NCBI GenBank assembly: GCA_045542315.1
Contig: JAZQKU010000043.1
Location: 3,041 to 67,040 of the forward strand
Reading direction: 5' to 3'
Origin: Eubacteriales bacterium
GTDB taxonomy: Bacteria > Bacillota > Clostridia > Oscillospirales > RGIG5299
DNA: 64,000 nt
Under the pieces are notes generated by a model. The model was not told the origin of the DNA and did not search any database. It saw only the letters and a program-made list of their open reading frames with translations. Both the position numbers and the translations under genes were made by a program. Each line of letters begins with the position of its first letter. Position 1 is the first letter of the stretch. Of the stretch, positions 1 to 8,996 are shown one piece after another.

Positions 1-51
1 AAAGTGCGGTAAAGATAACCGTTATAAAATAACCGAACTTTTTTAAAAGCT

Positions 52-729
52 TCAAAGAGAAGCCTCCTCTCTTGTTACGGAAACAGCAATAAGCGCTTGC
101 GATGGAAGATAAAACGTCCACATTCCAAAGAAAATGAAGGTCTCGATCTTCGGGAAAAGACCGAGATTAAAGGCTCCGACGCAAATATCGCATAACAGAA
201 AAAGAAAAAGTCCCAAAGCAAGCTCAATGGGCTCCTTTTTAAAAAATGCGGCAAATGCGGCAAGGGCAGTGTTTAACAAAAGATTTATTATTGAGAATGC
301 GGAAAGAAAATATAATAACGGCGCTTCCAAATGGAGAAGAATAACAGAAGCGACTGAAAATAAAAAGATTCTCAAGGCTGACGACAGCAAAAACGTGCCC
401 TTTTTCTTTCCGAGTGAAAGCTTTAGAAAATAGACTGTCTGCACTGTGCAGAAAAGGAAAACGCCTAACTCGTAGCGGTCGTTTTCAACGAGCAAGAACC
501 AATCTGCAGCGAGGGTGAGGGACATCGCCGCTAAAATAAAGGGCGTGCCTCCAAGCCTCCCTTTAATCACTTTTCTGACTGCTTCAAAAATGACAAAGAG
601 GAAGCAAATTATAATTGAAATATATTTGATTAAAGCCGAGGGAAAGGCGGCAAGACCAAGATCGGCGACGGTGAAAATAAGAAAAAGAGCCGCCTCGGTA
701 AAGAAAAACAAAAGCTTTGAAAATTTCAT
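52..729 (-). CDS. polytopic membrane protein, possibly YhhN/lysoplasmalogenase-like
   Basis: 225-aa ORF with about 7 hydrophobic helices. Its start overlaps the rsmI stop by 4 nt (726-729). The family name is from recall only. Confidence 0.45.
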   Translation of the reverse strand: MKFSKLLFFFTEAALFLIFTVADLGLAAFPSALIKYISIIICFLFVIFEAVRKVIKGRLGGTPFILAAMSLTLAADWFLLVENDRYELGVFLFCTVQTVYFLKLSLGKKKGTFLLSSALRIFLFSVASVILLHLEAPLLYFLSAFSIINLLLNTALAAFAAFFKKEPIELALGLFLFLLCDICVGAFNLGLFPKIETFIFFGMWTFYLPSQALIAVSVTREEASL

Positions 730-1550
730 TTTACAAAACGGTTGTAAAGGTCGTTTTTGCGAAGCCCCGTTTTCTTGGCGGCTTCCTTTACCGCGTCGGT
801 GCGGGAAAGACCGTTTGATAAGGCCTCGTTGAATATTTTTTCGGCGGCGTCATAATCGGGTAAGATCTCCTCCTCGGGCTTTCCGCCTACGATCACTACG
901 AATTCGCCCAAGGGGTCCTTTTGCTCGTATTTTTCGATAGCGGCAAAAAGAGAGGTTGTAATTATCTCCTCGTAAAACTTTGAAAGCTCACGAGCAAGCA
1001 CTACCTTGCGGTCTCCGAAATATTCCGCCATATCCTTAAGCGTTTTCAAAAGGCGGTGGGGCGCCTCGTAAAAGACCATGGTGCGCTTTTCGTCAACAAG
1101 TGAGGAAAGATGCTCCTTCCTTGAATTGTGTGCGGTTGACAAAAAGCCCTCGAAGGTAAATCTTCCGGTGGGCATGCCCGAAGCAGAAAGGGCGGTGATG
1201 ACTGCGGAGGGCCCCGAAATGGGAGTGACCCTTATTCCGTTTTCGTGGCAGATCCTCACAAGCTCCTCGCCGGGGTCTGAGATAGCGGGGGTGCCCGCAT
1301 CGCTTACCAAGGCGATCGACTCGCCGTTTTGCATCCTTTCAATAAGCTTTCCCGAACGCTCAACGATATTGTGAGCGTGATAGCTTATCATCTCTTTTTT
1401 GATTCCGAGATGATTTAAAAGCTTTTGAGTATTTCTCGTGTCTTCCGCCGCAATAAATGAAACGCTTTTAAGGATCTCCACCGCTCTCGGAGAGAGATCG
1501 TTTAAATTTCCAATCGGCGTGGCAACAACGTAAAGACCGTTCAAATCCAT
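726..1550 (-). CDS. rsmI: 16S rRNA (cytidine1402-2'-O)-methyltransferase RsmI
   Basis: N-terminus LYVVATPIGNLNDLSPRAVEILKSVSFIAAEDTRNT and SDAGTPAISDPG are typical tetrapyrrole-methylase-fold RsmI motifs. Confidence 0.9.
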   Translation of the reverse strand: MDLNGLYVVATPIGNLNDLSPRAVEILKSVSFIAAEDTRNTQKLLNHLGIKKEMISYHAHNIVERSGKLIERMQNGESIALVSDAGTPAISDPGEELVRICHENGIRVTPISGPSAVITALSASGMPTGRFTFEGFLSTAHNSRKEHLSSLVDEKRTMVFYEAPHRLLKTLKDMAEYFGDRKVVLARELSKFYEEIITTSLFAAIEKYEQKDPLGEFVVIVGGKPEEEILPDYDAAEKIFNEALSNGLSRTDAVKEAAKKTGLRKNDLYNRFVK

Positions 1551-1551
1551 T

Positions 1552-2205
1552 TTAAAGCTCCTTAGTGATAACGTCGGGCTCGGTGATAACGCCCTCTTTT
1601 GCGCCCTTTTTTGCCTCTATAAGCACTGCGTGAGGGCTGCTCTTCGAGTCCTTTTTGATAAACCTTATTCTTTTTATCGCAAGACTCGCCTTTTTTGCCT
1701 CTGCGGCAAATTCAAAGAGACGCTGTGCGGGACAGACGGCAAACAAAAGTCCGCCGTATTTAATAACTCTTGCCGCGGCAAAGATAAAATCGGAAAAATC
1801 ACCGTGACGTGCCGTTGCCATTTCCGCTGTAACGGGCTTTTTGCCGCTTCCCTCTCCGTAGTATGGAGGGTTGGTAACGGCTATGTCGAAGGTATCGTTG
1901 TATTTTACGGGAATATCCTTAACATCGGAAAGAAGGGCCTCGTAGCGCCCTGTAAGACCGTTTTCCTCAATATTCTTGTTGATAAGCTCAAAGGCAGCCT
2001 TCTGGCAGTCAACAAGCAGGCAGGAAGAGATCCTCTTTGAAAGAGAAAGGCCCAAAACACCGGTGCCGGCTCCGAGATCTATTGCTCTTTGATTGCGGTT
2101 GCTTCTTACAAATTCCGAAAGCAAAAAGGAGTCGGTTCCTATTTTAAAAACCTCGGGAGAAGAAATGACCCTCTCGCCCGAGGGCAAAAATTCAAAATTA
2201 TCCAT
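1552..2205 (-). CDS. class I SAM-dependent methyltransferase (YabB / tRNA m6A37 TrmN6-like)
   Basis: DLGAGTGVLGL SAM-binding motif and NPPY catalytic motif. Start moved to the internal ATG at 2205 (MDNFEF), which follows AAGGGG. yabB-rsmI synteny as in Bacillus. Confidence 0.75.
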   Translation of the reverse strand: MDNFEFLPSGERVISSPEVFKIGTDSFLLSEFVRSNRNQRAIDLGAGTGVLGLSLSKRISSCLLVDCQKAAFELINKNIEENGLTGRYEALLSDVKDIPVKYNDTFDIAVTNPPYYGEGSGKKPVTAEMATARHGDFSDFIFAAARVIKYGGLLFAVCPAQRLFEFAAEAKKASLAIKRIRFIKKDSKSSPHAVLIEAKKGAKEGVITEPDVITKEL

Positions 2206-2306
2206 AAATAATACCCCTTGAAAGCGGGTTTGAAAAGTAAAATAAATCTTCCGAATACCGAAACACCCTGTGGAGACCACAGGGCGTTTTCGTTTTTCTT
2301 TTTTAA

Positions 2307-2477
2307 TTACTCTGCTTTGGGAGCATCAACGGGACAAGCTCCGGCGCAAGAACCGCAATCAATGCAAGCATCTGCGTCGATAACGTATTTTCCGTCGCCC
2401 TCAGAGATAGCTTCAACGGGGCACTCGCTTGCGCATGCGCCGCAAGCAATGCAATCGTCACTGATAATGTATGCCAT
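2307..2477 (-). CDS. 2x[4Fe-4S] ferredoxin (56 aa), absent from the supplied ORF track
   Basis: Manual translation gives MAYIISDDCIACGACASECPVEAISEGDGKYVIDADACIDCGSCAGACPVDAPKAE. It has two CxxCxxCxxxCP clusters. ATG at 2475-2477 and TAA at 2307-2309. Confidence 0.85.
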   Translation of the reverse strand: MAYIISDDCIACGACASECPVEAISEGDGKYVIDADACIDCGSCAGACPVDAPKAE

Positions 2478-2549
2478 TTCGATACCCTCCTCTTTTGACT
2501 TGCTTCTATTATATCACAATTATTGAAAAATGCAAGCGGAATTTTAAAA

Positions 2550-2588
2550 AAGACGAAAAAACCGCCCCGAAATAAGCTTCGGGGCGGT
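2550..2588 (-). terminator. rho-independent terminator of pckG
   Basis: Stem ACCGCCCCGAA / TTCGGGGCGGT (2561-2571 / 2578-2588), followed on the minus strand by a T-run. Confidence 0.65.
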
Positions 2589-2602
2589 TTGTAACTATGC
2601 AA

Positions 2603-4357
2603 TTAAGAAATTCTCTTTTTGAGGTTTGCAAGCTCGGTCTGAAGCTCTGCGGGGATCTTGCCCTCGAACTTTGCATAGAACTCCTCGAGAGAAGCGGCGT
2701 CCTCTGCCCAGAGAGCGTTGTCAACGTCAAGAAGATTCTTAACGTCCTCAACGGTCATATCAAGACCCTCAAGGTTGATATCCTCTGCCTTGGGAAGATA
2801 ACCGATAGCAGACTCAACAGCCTCTGCCTTGCCCTCGGCGCGGTCAAGGATCCACATGAGAACTCTCATGTTGTCGCCAAAGCCGGGCCATGCGAAGTGA
2901 CCTTCTGCATCGGTGCGGAACCAGTTAACGTTGAAGATCTTGGGAGGATTCTCAAGCTTCTTGCCGATATCGAGCCAATGCTGGAAGTAGTTGGCCATAT
3001 TGTAGCCGCAGAAGGGAAGCATAGCCATGGGGTCACGTCTTACCACGCCTACTGCGCCGCTTGCCGCAGCGGTGGTCTCGGAAGCCATAGCGGAGCCGAC
3101 GAATACGCCGTGCTGCCAATCAAATGCCTCGTAAACGAGGGGAGCGGTCTTTGCACGTCTGCCGCCGAATACGATAGCGGAGAGCGGTACACCATCGGGA
3201 TTATTGAACTCCTTGGAGATGCAGGGGCAGTTCTCTGCGGGAGCGGTAAAGCGAGAGTTGGGATGTGCGCCCTTAACGCCGGAATCCTTGGTCCAGGGGT
3301 TGCCCTTCCAATCGATACCGGTATCGGGAGCTGCGGAAAGACCTTCCCACCAAACGGTGTTCTCTTCGGTCTTTACAACGTTGGTGAAGATGGTATTCTT
3401 CATGGTAGCTGCCAAAGCGTTGGGGTTGGACTTTGCATTGGTGCCGGGAGCAACGCCGAAGAAGCCGTTTTCGGGGTTAACTGCCCAAAGCTTGCCGTCT
3501 CTGATTCTGATCCAGGCAATATCGTCGCCTACGCACCAGACCTTGTAGCCCTTGTTGCGGTAGACCTCGGGGGGAATGAGCATTGCGAGGTTGGTCTTGC
3601 CGCAAGCGGAGGGGAATGCTGCTGCGATGTATTTAACTTCGCCTTCGGGATTTTCGATACCGAGGATAAGCATATGCTCTGCCATCCAGCCCTCGTTACG
3701 TCCGAGGTAGGAAGCTATACGGAGAGCGAAGCACTTTTTGCCAAGCAAAACGTTGCCGCCGTAACCGGAGTTAACGGACATAATGGTATTATCCTGGGGA
3801 AAATGCATGATGTAGCGGTTTTCCTCATCAATATCCTTTCTTGCGTGAAGACCCTTGATGAAGTCTGCTCTCTCACCGAGAACGTCCAAAACCTTCTGAC
3901 CTACTCTGGTCATGATGTGCATGTTAAGAACAACGTAGATGGAATCGGTAAGCTCGATACCGATCTTTGCAAAATCGGAGCCTACAACAGACATTGAGTA
4001 GGGGATAACGTACATAGTACGGCCCTTCATAGAGCCTGCGAAAAGACCGTTGAGCATTTTATATGCCTCGGAGGGCTCCATCCAGTTGTTTATGGGACCT
4101 GCCTCTTCCTTGGTGGGAGTGCAGATAAAGGTACGGTGCTCAACACGTGCAACGTCGTTGACGGCGGTGCGGTGGAGATAGCAACCGGGAAGTTTGTCCT
4201 GATCGAGTTTTTCAAGCTCTCCGGTAGAACAAGCCTCGGCTCTCAAAGCCTCGATCTGCTCCTCGCTTCCGTCGATAAGTACGATGTTGTCGGGGCAGGT
4301 AAGCGCCGCAACCTCTTCGATCCATTTGGAAAGAGCTTCATTTTTTAAATTAAGCAT
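2603..4357 (-). CDS. pckG: phosphoenolpyruvate carboxykinase (GTP)
   Basis: 584 aa with GTP-PEPCK signatures (FPSACGKTN kinase-1a, WIRIRDGKLWAVNPENGFFGVAPGTN). Confidence 0.92.
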   Translation of the reverse strand: MLNLKNEALSKWIEEVAALTCPDNIVLIDGSEEQIEALRAEACSTGELEKLDQDKLPGCYLHRTAVNDVARVEHRTFICTPTKEEAGPINNWMEPSEAYKMLNGLFAGSMKGRTMYVIPYSMSVVGSDFAKIGIELTDSIYVVLNMHIMTRVGQKVLDVLGERADFIKGLHARKDIDEENRYIMHFPQDNTIMSVNSGYGGNVLLGKKCFALRIASYLGRNEGWMAEHMLILGIENPEGEVKYIAAAFPSACGKTNLAMLIPPEVYRNKGYKVWCVGDDIAWIRIRDGKLWAVNPENGFFGVAPGTNAKSNPNALAATMKNTIFTNVVKTEENTVWWEGLSAAPDTGIDWKGNPWTKDSGVKGAHPNSRFTAPAENCPCISKEFNNPDGVPLSAIVFGGRRAKTAPLVYEAFDWQHGVFVGSAMASETTAAASGAVGVVRRDPMAMLPFCGYNMANYFQHWLDIGKKLENPPKIFNVNWFRTDAEGHFAWPGFGDNMRVLMWILDRAEGKAEAVESAIGYLPKAEDINLEGLDMTVEDVKNLLDVDNALWAEDAASLEEFYAKFEGKIPAELQTELANLKKRIS

Positions 4358-4535
4358 TGAACCAGTCTCCTTTAAGAAAACAAAATTTTACTTATATATT
4401 ATAAATGATTTTTCAATAAAAGTCAATGATAAAATATTAACAAAATCAATGTTTGTAAACCGAATGCAAAAAATCCGTTAACTTCTTCTCTTTTTGGCGA
4501 AATTGAATAAAATGTTTTATATAGGAGGGTTAATA

Positions 4536-5075
4536 ATGAATAACGATTTTATTCAGTTAAAACGGAAAGCAAGAGAGGAGGAGCTGAAGCTTTTGACCTT
4601 TGGCGAAGGGGAAAAACGGATAGTGCTTTTTTCAAAGGAGGAAAAAGGGAAAAGGCTGCTTTCGGATTTTTATGACGGCGTGGTCGAGGCGTATGAAAAA
4701 AATCTGCCGTTTTATAACGTAAGCTTCAGGCTTCTTTACGAGCGGATAAGCCTTACCTTTGCCTTCGGGAAAGGCGAGGATGCTGTCTTTGCGGCAAAAA
4801 GCGGAGAAGCCGCGGCGTTTTTTGAGATATTTTCAGAAAAGTCGGGACTTTTTTGTTACGGCGGAAAGGAAAATTCCGAGCGTTCCGAACAGATCGCGGT
4901 TATCTTTTCGGCAGTGTCAAAGCTAAAAAGGGGGAGAATAAAGCCGAAAACGGCGGCATATCTTTTTGCAAAGCAAACGGGACGTCTTTCATTTGCGGCA
5001 GGAACGGCGGGTGACGACTTTTCGTTAAGCCGCCTTTACGAGGCTCTTTGCATTTTTCCCGAGCTCGTGAGATAA
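4536..5075 (+). CDS. hypothetical protein
   Basis: ORF with an AGGAGGG RBS 7 nt before the ATG at 4536. No family recognised. Confidence 0.5.
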   Translation: MNNDFIQLKRKAREEELKLLTFGEGEKRIVLFSKEEKGKRLLSDFYDGVVEAYEKNLPFYNVSFRLLYERISLTFAFGKGEDAVFAAKSGEAAAFFEIFSEKSGLFCYGGKENSERSEQIAVIFSAVSKLKRGRIKPKTAAYLFAKQTGRLSFAAGTAGDDFSLSRLYEALCIFPELVR

Positions 5076-5080
5076 AAACT

Positions 5081-5107
5081 CCCCCGACGATGTTTAAACG
5101 TCGGGGG
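5081..5107. terminator. GC-rich hairpin (probable terminator between convergent genes)
   Basis: CCCCCGACG / CGTCGGGGG 9-bp stem. The T-run is on the minus-strand side. Confidence 0.45.
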
Positions 5108-5186
5108 TATAAAAAGCACCGAAGCGGTTTTTAAAAGCCCGCACGGCACATTTACATAATATGCCGACGGAGCTGAAGGTGACATT

Positions 5187-5224
5187 AAAAATCTCCCATT
5201 GCATTTTGCAAAGGGAGATTTTTA
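5187..5224. terminator. bidirectional hairpin terminator
   Basis: AAAATCTCCC ... GGGAGATTTT, with A- and T-runs flanking the stem. Confidence 0.5.
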
Positions 5225-5467
5225 ATTTTGGCTTTCAAGATATTCTTCAATCTTTAATATTACGGTGCTCATTTTGATATCAAGAGCAGAGCAAATGCGG
5301 TAAAGCGTTTCTAACGTAGGCTTGCGTTCTCCTCGTTCTATGGCGCTTAAGTGGCTGCGTCCAATATCGGCAAGACCGCTTAAAACCTCTTGCGACAAAC
5401 CTTTTTGCTGTCTGAAAAATACTATTGCCTTACCTACCGTAACAGAATCTAACATAGGGATAAACAT
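5222..5467 (-). CDS. XRE-family helix-turn-helix transcriptional regulator
   Basis: 81 aa. QQKGLSQEVLSGLADIGRSHLSAIERGERKPTLETLYRICSAL is a canonical HTH_3 domain. Confidence 0.85.
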   Translation of the reverse strand: MFIPMLDSVTVGKAIVFFRQQKGLSQEVLSGLADIGRSHLSAIERGERKPTLETLYRICSALDIKMSTVILKIEEYLESQN

Positions 5468-5511
5468 ATTTTCACCTCTATATTATATTCTACGACAAAA
5501 CTTTAAAAAAT

Positions 5512-5545
5512 ATGAATACATATGTTGACAAATGAATACTTATGT
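5512..5545 (+). promoter_or_regulatory. two 14-bp direct repeats (candidate XRE operator)
   Basis: ATGAATACATATGT (5512-5525) and ATGAATACTTATGT (5532-5545), spaced 20 bp apart and bracketing the -35 box. Confidence 0.4.
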
Positions 5546-5553
5546 GTTAAAAT
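5525..5553 (+). promoter_or_regulatory. sigma-A type promoter of the TM2 gene
   Basis: TTGACA (5525-5530), 17 bp spacer, TAAAAT (5548-5553). Confidence 0.5.
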
Positions 5554-5579
5554 AATTGTAAAAAATAAGGAGAACAAAA

Positions 5580-5990
5580 ATGGAAAATATGACTGAAAAT
5601 CAAACGGTACAAAACACAAAGTTTTGCAAGCATTGCGGAAATAAGATTCCTGCCGATGCGGTAATATGCACGGCTTGCGGAAGACAGGTTGAGGAAATAA
5701 AAAACTCGGCTTCTGCGCAACCGAGCATTGTCATCAACAACAGTAATGCCAATTCAAACGTTAATCAAAATGTAAACCAAAACGGAGCAGGATATTACGG
5801 CAGACCTAAAAACAAATGGGTTGCATTGATACTTTGCTTGACCTTGGGATATTTCGGTGCTCATAAATTTTACGAAGGAAAAGTGGGCATGGGAATTTTA
5901 TATCTGTTTACAGGCGGATTATTCTTTATCGGTGTTGTGATAGACGTCATCGCATTATTAACCAAGCCTAATCCGTATTATGTTCGATAA
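5580..5990 (+). CDS. zinc-ribbon plus TM2 domain membrane protein
   Basis: N-terminal CKHCG..CTACG zinc ribbon, an N/Q-rich linker, and a C-terminal TM2 motif (WVALILCLTLGYFGAHKFYEGKVGMGILYLFTGGLFFIG). Confidence 0.75.
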   Translation: MENMTENQTVQNTKFCKHCGNKIPADAVICTACGRQVEEIKNSASAQPSIVINNSNANSNVNQNVNQNGAGYYGRPKNKWVALILCLTLGYFGAHKFYEGKVGMGILYLFTGGLFFIGVVIDVIALLTKPNPYYVR

Positions 5991-6002
5991 GTAGCTAACA
6001 AG

Positions 6003-6049
6003 TCAAAACGGTCTCGATTCGTTATGAAAAGAGACCGTTTTGATTTATT
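6003..6049 (+). terminator. rho-independent terminator
   Basis: TCAAAACGGTCTC / GAGACCGTTTTGA 13-bp stem followed by TTTATT. Confidence 0.65.
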
Positions 6050-6055
6050 AAGGCA

Positions 6056-6087
6056 CTAACCCCACCCGTTAAATAGGGTGGGGTTAG
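6056..6087. terminator. hairpin between convergent genes
   Basis: CTAACCCCACCC / GGGTGGGGTTAG 12-bp stem, 4 nt from the stop of the 6092-8878 gene. Confidence 0.45.
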
Positions 6088-6091
6088 TATT

Positions 6092-8878
6092 TTATCTGTC
6101 CTGTTTTATAGCCGTTCCGTTATTAAAGAGAATAATTCGCAGAATATCGGAGGAATTTATTCTTCCGTCGCCGTTAATATCGGCGGCAGCCTTCTTTGCG
6201 CCCGTGAGATGAGAGTTGTTGTTATGTAAAACTATCTGGAGAATGTCGGAGGTGTTTACTCTTCCGTCGCCGTTTATCTCGCCGTAGATAACGAGGGTAA
6301 GACGGTCGGTCTCCGCTCCGATTTCATCATAGAGCACTACCTGCATTCCCGTTGCCGCCGCACCCGAGGTGACCTCGGCTTCTCCCTTGAATATCTTTAT
6401 TCTTTCGGGGGCGTTTTCAAAGGAAGCAATGAGCGCCGAAACGTCTGCAAGGGGAGTGAAGTTGGAGATAAAGCCGGTTTCGCGGTTTAAGATAAGCGAC
6501 TCGGAGAGGAGCTTTTCGGGTTCCGAGGGAGCCTTTTTAAGCGTAAGAGTGTAAACCGTTGAAACACCGTTATTGGTAACGGTTATCTCGGTAACGGCTT
6601 CGCCGTTAAGAAGGGTTACCTCGCCTTGATAGGAAAGCTCTGCGCCTTCGAAATCGCAACAAGGCAAAACCGAGGCGGTGTCACCCTCGACGGTGACGGT
6701 ATAATCGAATTTATCGGGTGAAAAATCGGGGATCGCCGTGCCGTTTACCGTAATGCCCGAAAGATAATTCTCTTTGAAAAGTGTGAAATCAAAGACCTCG
6801 GGAGCAAAAGGTCCCTTAACGCCGATAACCGAAACAACGTCGTTTCCGCCGTATTCGGGCAATGCCAATAAGGGTAAGAGGCTTCCGTTTCCGAACAGAT
6901 CAAGGTAACCGTTATAGCTTACGGGGACCAAACCGTAACGGAAGGTGTCCGGCAAGAGATCGATGTAATTTTTGCCCTCTTCGCTTGATACAACGCCTAA
7001 AAGGACGCCGTCCTTGCCGTAGCAACAGACGTCAAGGCGGTTGAGAGCAGGCTCTTCAAGAGTGCCGTAATCAACGGTAAAGGTAACTGCTTCAACAGTT
7101 TCGCCGCCCACTCTGAATTCGATATTCAGCTCGCTTCCGAGCTCCTCTCTCGTGAGATAAAATATGAAGGAGCTTTCCTTGAGGGCAATTTCCTCGGTGC
7201 CGTTTACAAAGATATCGCCGTTAAACGCCTTCGGTGTGACGGCTAAAAAGGCACCGTCCGTATAATAATTGAGCTTATATGATGTTACGCCCTCTTGGTA
7301 AATTATCGCATCGAAATAGTTTTTGTCAGCGTCTATGGGCATTATAACGAATCCCTCAAAAAGGGAAAAATCCTCTGCGCCTGCCTCAAAGCGAAGATAA
7401 TAGCTTACCGATCCTTCTCCGTTTGTTACGGTGATTACCGCGTCCTCGCCGATGGGAACTGTGTCGGTTGCTTCGCCGTTAACGGTGAACGATTCGAAGA
7501 AGCGTCCGAGAAGCTTTGAAAGCTTTACCGAGGTGACGTCGGCGGAAACGGTGCAGATTATTTTGTTTTCCTCACCGCTTTTAACGGAAAAGGCGTCCCG
7601 TCCTATTTTGTTTCCTGCGGCGTCAAAAAAGTCAAAGCCCATTTCGCTTATGAAGGGCGGCTCCGGCTTAGCAGTAAGAGTAACTGTGTAGTCAAAGCTT
7701 TCTTCGCCGTAAAAAACGGTCAGAACGGCATCGCCTGTAAATAACGGCATACCGTCATTCTTTGAATATTCCGTGCCCGAAAGAGTGAGCTTATAACCGT
7801 AGCCGTAATCCTTCTCAAAGACGGGAACGACCAAAAGATGATCGCCGTTACTGAAGTAATTTGCGGTGAATCCGTTTTCTGATTTATTCATATTGTAAAT
7901 ATGAAAGTAGTCGCCGTTATAAACCAAAAGCTCAACGCCGAGCAAAACGGGACGGGTATCTTCTGCCTCTTTGAGAACCAAATCAAAAAGACGGTTTCCC
8001 TTTATATCTCTCGCAACGAGCCTCATACCGTCTGTAAAGGTAAATGAGTCGGTTATCTCAGCGCCGCTGTCGGCATCGTAGAAGATGCAGCCATCAATGA
8101 GGTCAAAACGGTAGCTTGCGCCTTCATTCGGAAGTAAGACGGTGTAAACGTCGCTTCCGCCGTAAACGGTAAAGCTCTTTTCAAAGTTTGTCTTACCCTC
8201 GTCACCCGTCAGGGTAAAGGAGGAAATACTCTTTCCGCCGAAATCAAAAAGGTAGGTGTAGCATAACTTGCCGAGGGTTACGGTAATTTCAAAATCGGTG
8301 CCGTAGGGGGAAAGAAGATAGCTTTCCTTAACGTCTTTTCCGTTTATCTTTACCTCTGCGCCCTCCTTCGCGGATATATCAAAGGAAATTGAAACGGCGT
8401 TATCGGGAAGAGAAAGACTGTAATCAAATAAAAACGGCTTGTAATCAAACAAAAGTGAATCGGACGCGCCCTCGGAATCAAAGGTGTTGACCGAAATTGC
8501 GGATATAAGGGTGTTTGCCTCGTTCTCCTTGATAAAGAGCAGTGAATACGCCTCGTCGGAGACGGTAAATGCAACCGACGCGGTATCACCCTCAAACGAA
8601 AATTCGTTTCCGCCTTCGGTGTAAACGGGCAGCTCGTTTTCGTTGGTGGTGGCAAAAAGCGTTATTTTCGTGGCGTTTTCCGAAACGAAAATATCATACT
8701 TCCCCGCACCGTTTAAACGGAAATCGTCGCTGTAAATAAGCTCCTCTCCGTTATACACGTTATAGGTAATGCTTTCAGCCGTCACGGAAAAAACCGCGAA
8801 GGCAGAAAAGCAGGATAATATCATTAAAACCGAAATCAGATAAGCAGTTAACCTTTGGATAACCTTCACCTTAAACAC
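6092..8878 (-). CDS. secreted multi-module protein with cadherin-like beta-sandwich repeat and C-terminal type I dockerin
   Basis: N-terminal signal/TM segment. LSGITVNGTAIPDFSPDKFDYTVTV is a cadherin-like motif. The C-terminal duplicated EINGDGRVNTSDILQI / DINGDGRINSSDILRI segments are dockerin Ca-binding repeats. Confidence 0.8.
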   Translation of the reverse strand: MFKVKVIQRLTAYLISVLMILSCFSAFAVFSVTAESITYNVYNGEELIYSDDFRLNGAGKYDIFVSENATKITLFATTNENELPVYTEGGNEFSFEGDTASVAFTVSDEAYSLLFIKENEANTLISAISVNTFDSEGASDSLLFDYKPFLFDYSLSLPDNAVSISFDISAKEGAEVKINGKDVKESYLLSPYGTDFEITVTLGKLCYTYLFDFGGKSISSFTLTGDEGKTNFEKSFTVYGGSDVYTVLLPNEGASYRFDLIDGCIFYDADSGAEITDSFTFTDGMRLVARDIKGNRLFDLVLKEAEDTRPVLLGVELLVYNGDYFHIYNMNKSENGFTANYFSNGDHLLVVPVFEKDYGYGYKLTLSGTEYSKNDGMPLFTGDAVLTVFYGEESFDYTVTLTAKPEPPFISEMGFDFFDAAGNKIGRDAFSVKSGEENKIICTVSADVTSVKLSKLLGRFFESFTVNGEATDTVPIGEDAVITVTNGEGSVSYYLRFEAGAEDFSLFEGFVIMPIDADKNYFDAIIYQEGVTSYKLNYYTDGAFLAVTPKAFNGDIFVNGTEEIALKESSFIFYLTREELGSELNIEFRVGGETVEAVTFTVDYGTLEEPALNRLDVCCYGKDGVLLGVVSSEEGKNYIDLLPDTFRYGLVPVSYNGYLDLFGNGSLLPLLALPEYGGNDVVSVIGVKGPFAPEVFDFTLFKENYLSGITVNGTAIPDFSPDKFDYTVTVEGDTASVLPCCDFEGAELSYQGEVTLLNGEAVTEITVTNNGVSTVYTLTLKKAPSEPEKLLSESLILNRETGFISNFTPLADVSALIASFENAPERIKIFKGEAEVTSGAAATGMQVVLYDEIGAETDRLTLVIYGEINGDGRVNTSDILQIVLHNNNSHLTGAKKAAADINGDGRINSSDILRIILFNNGTAIKQDR

Positions 8879-8960
8879 CGCCTTAATATTTCTTATTATA
8901 TTTTATCATAAAAAATGAGGCGTTGCAATATAAATATCAAGTTTCATCTTATTATCAAAA

Positions 8961-8990
8961 AATAAAAGCCGCATAAAGCGGCTTTTTATT
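8961..8990. terminator. bidirectional terminator downstream of mrp
   Basis: AGCCGC / GCGGCT stem flanked by A-run and T-run. Confidence 0.55.
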
Positions 8991-8996
8991 TTTCAA

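Noticed and set aside
2597-3997. 466-aa ORF on the plus strand, antisense to pckG
   Set aside because: It lies entirely inside the well-supported GTP-PEPCK gene. Its composition is low-complexity and Gly/Ala/Val-rich, typical of a shadow frame. It has no RBS and no recognisable motif.
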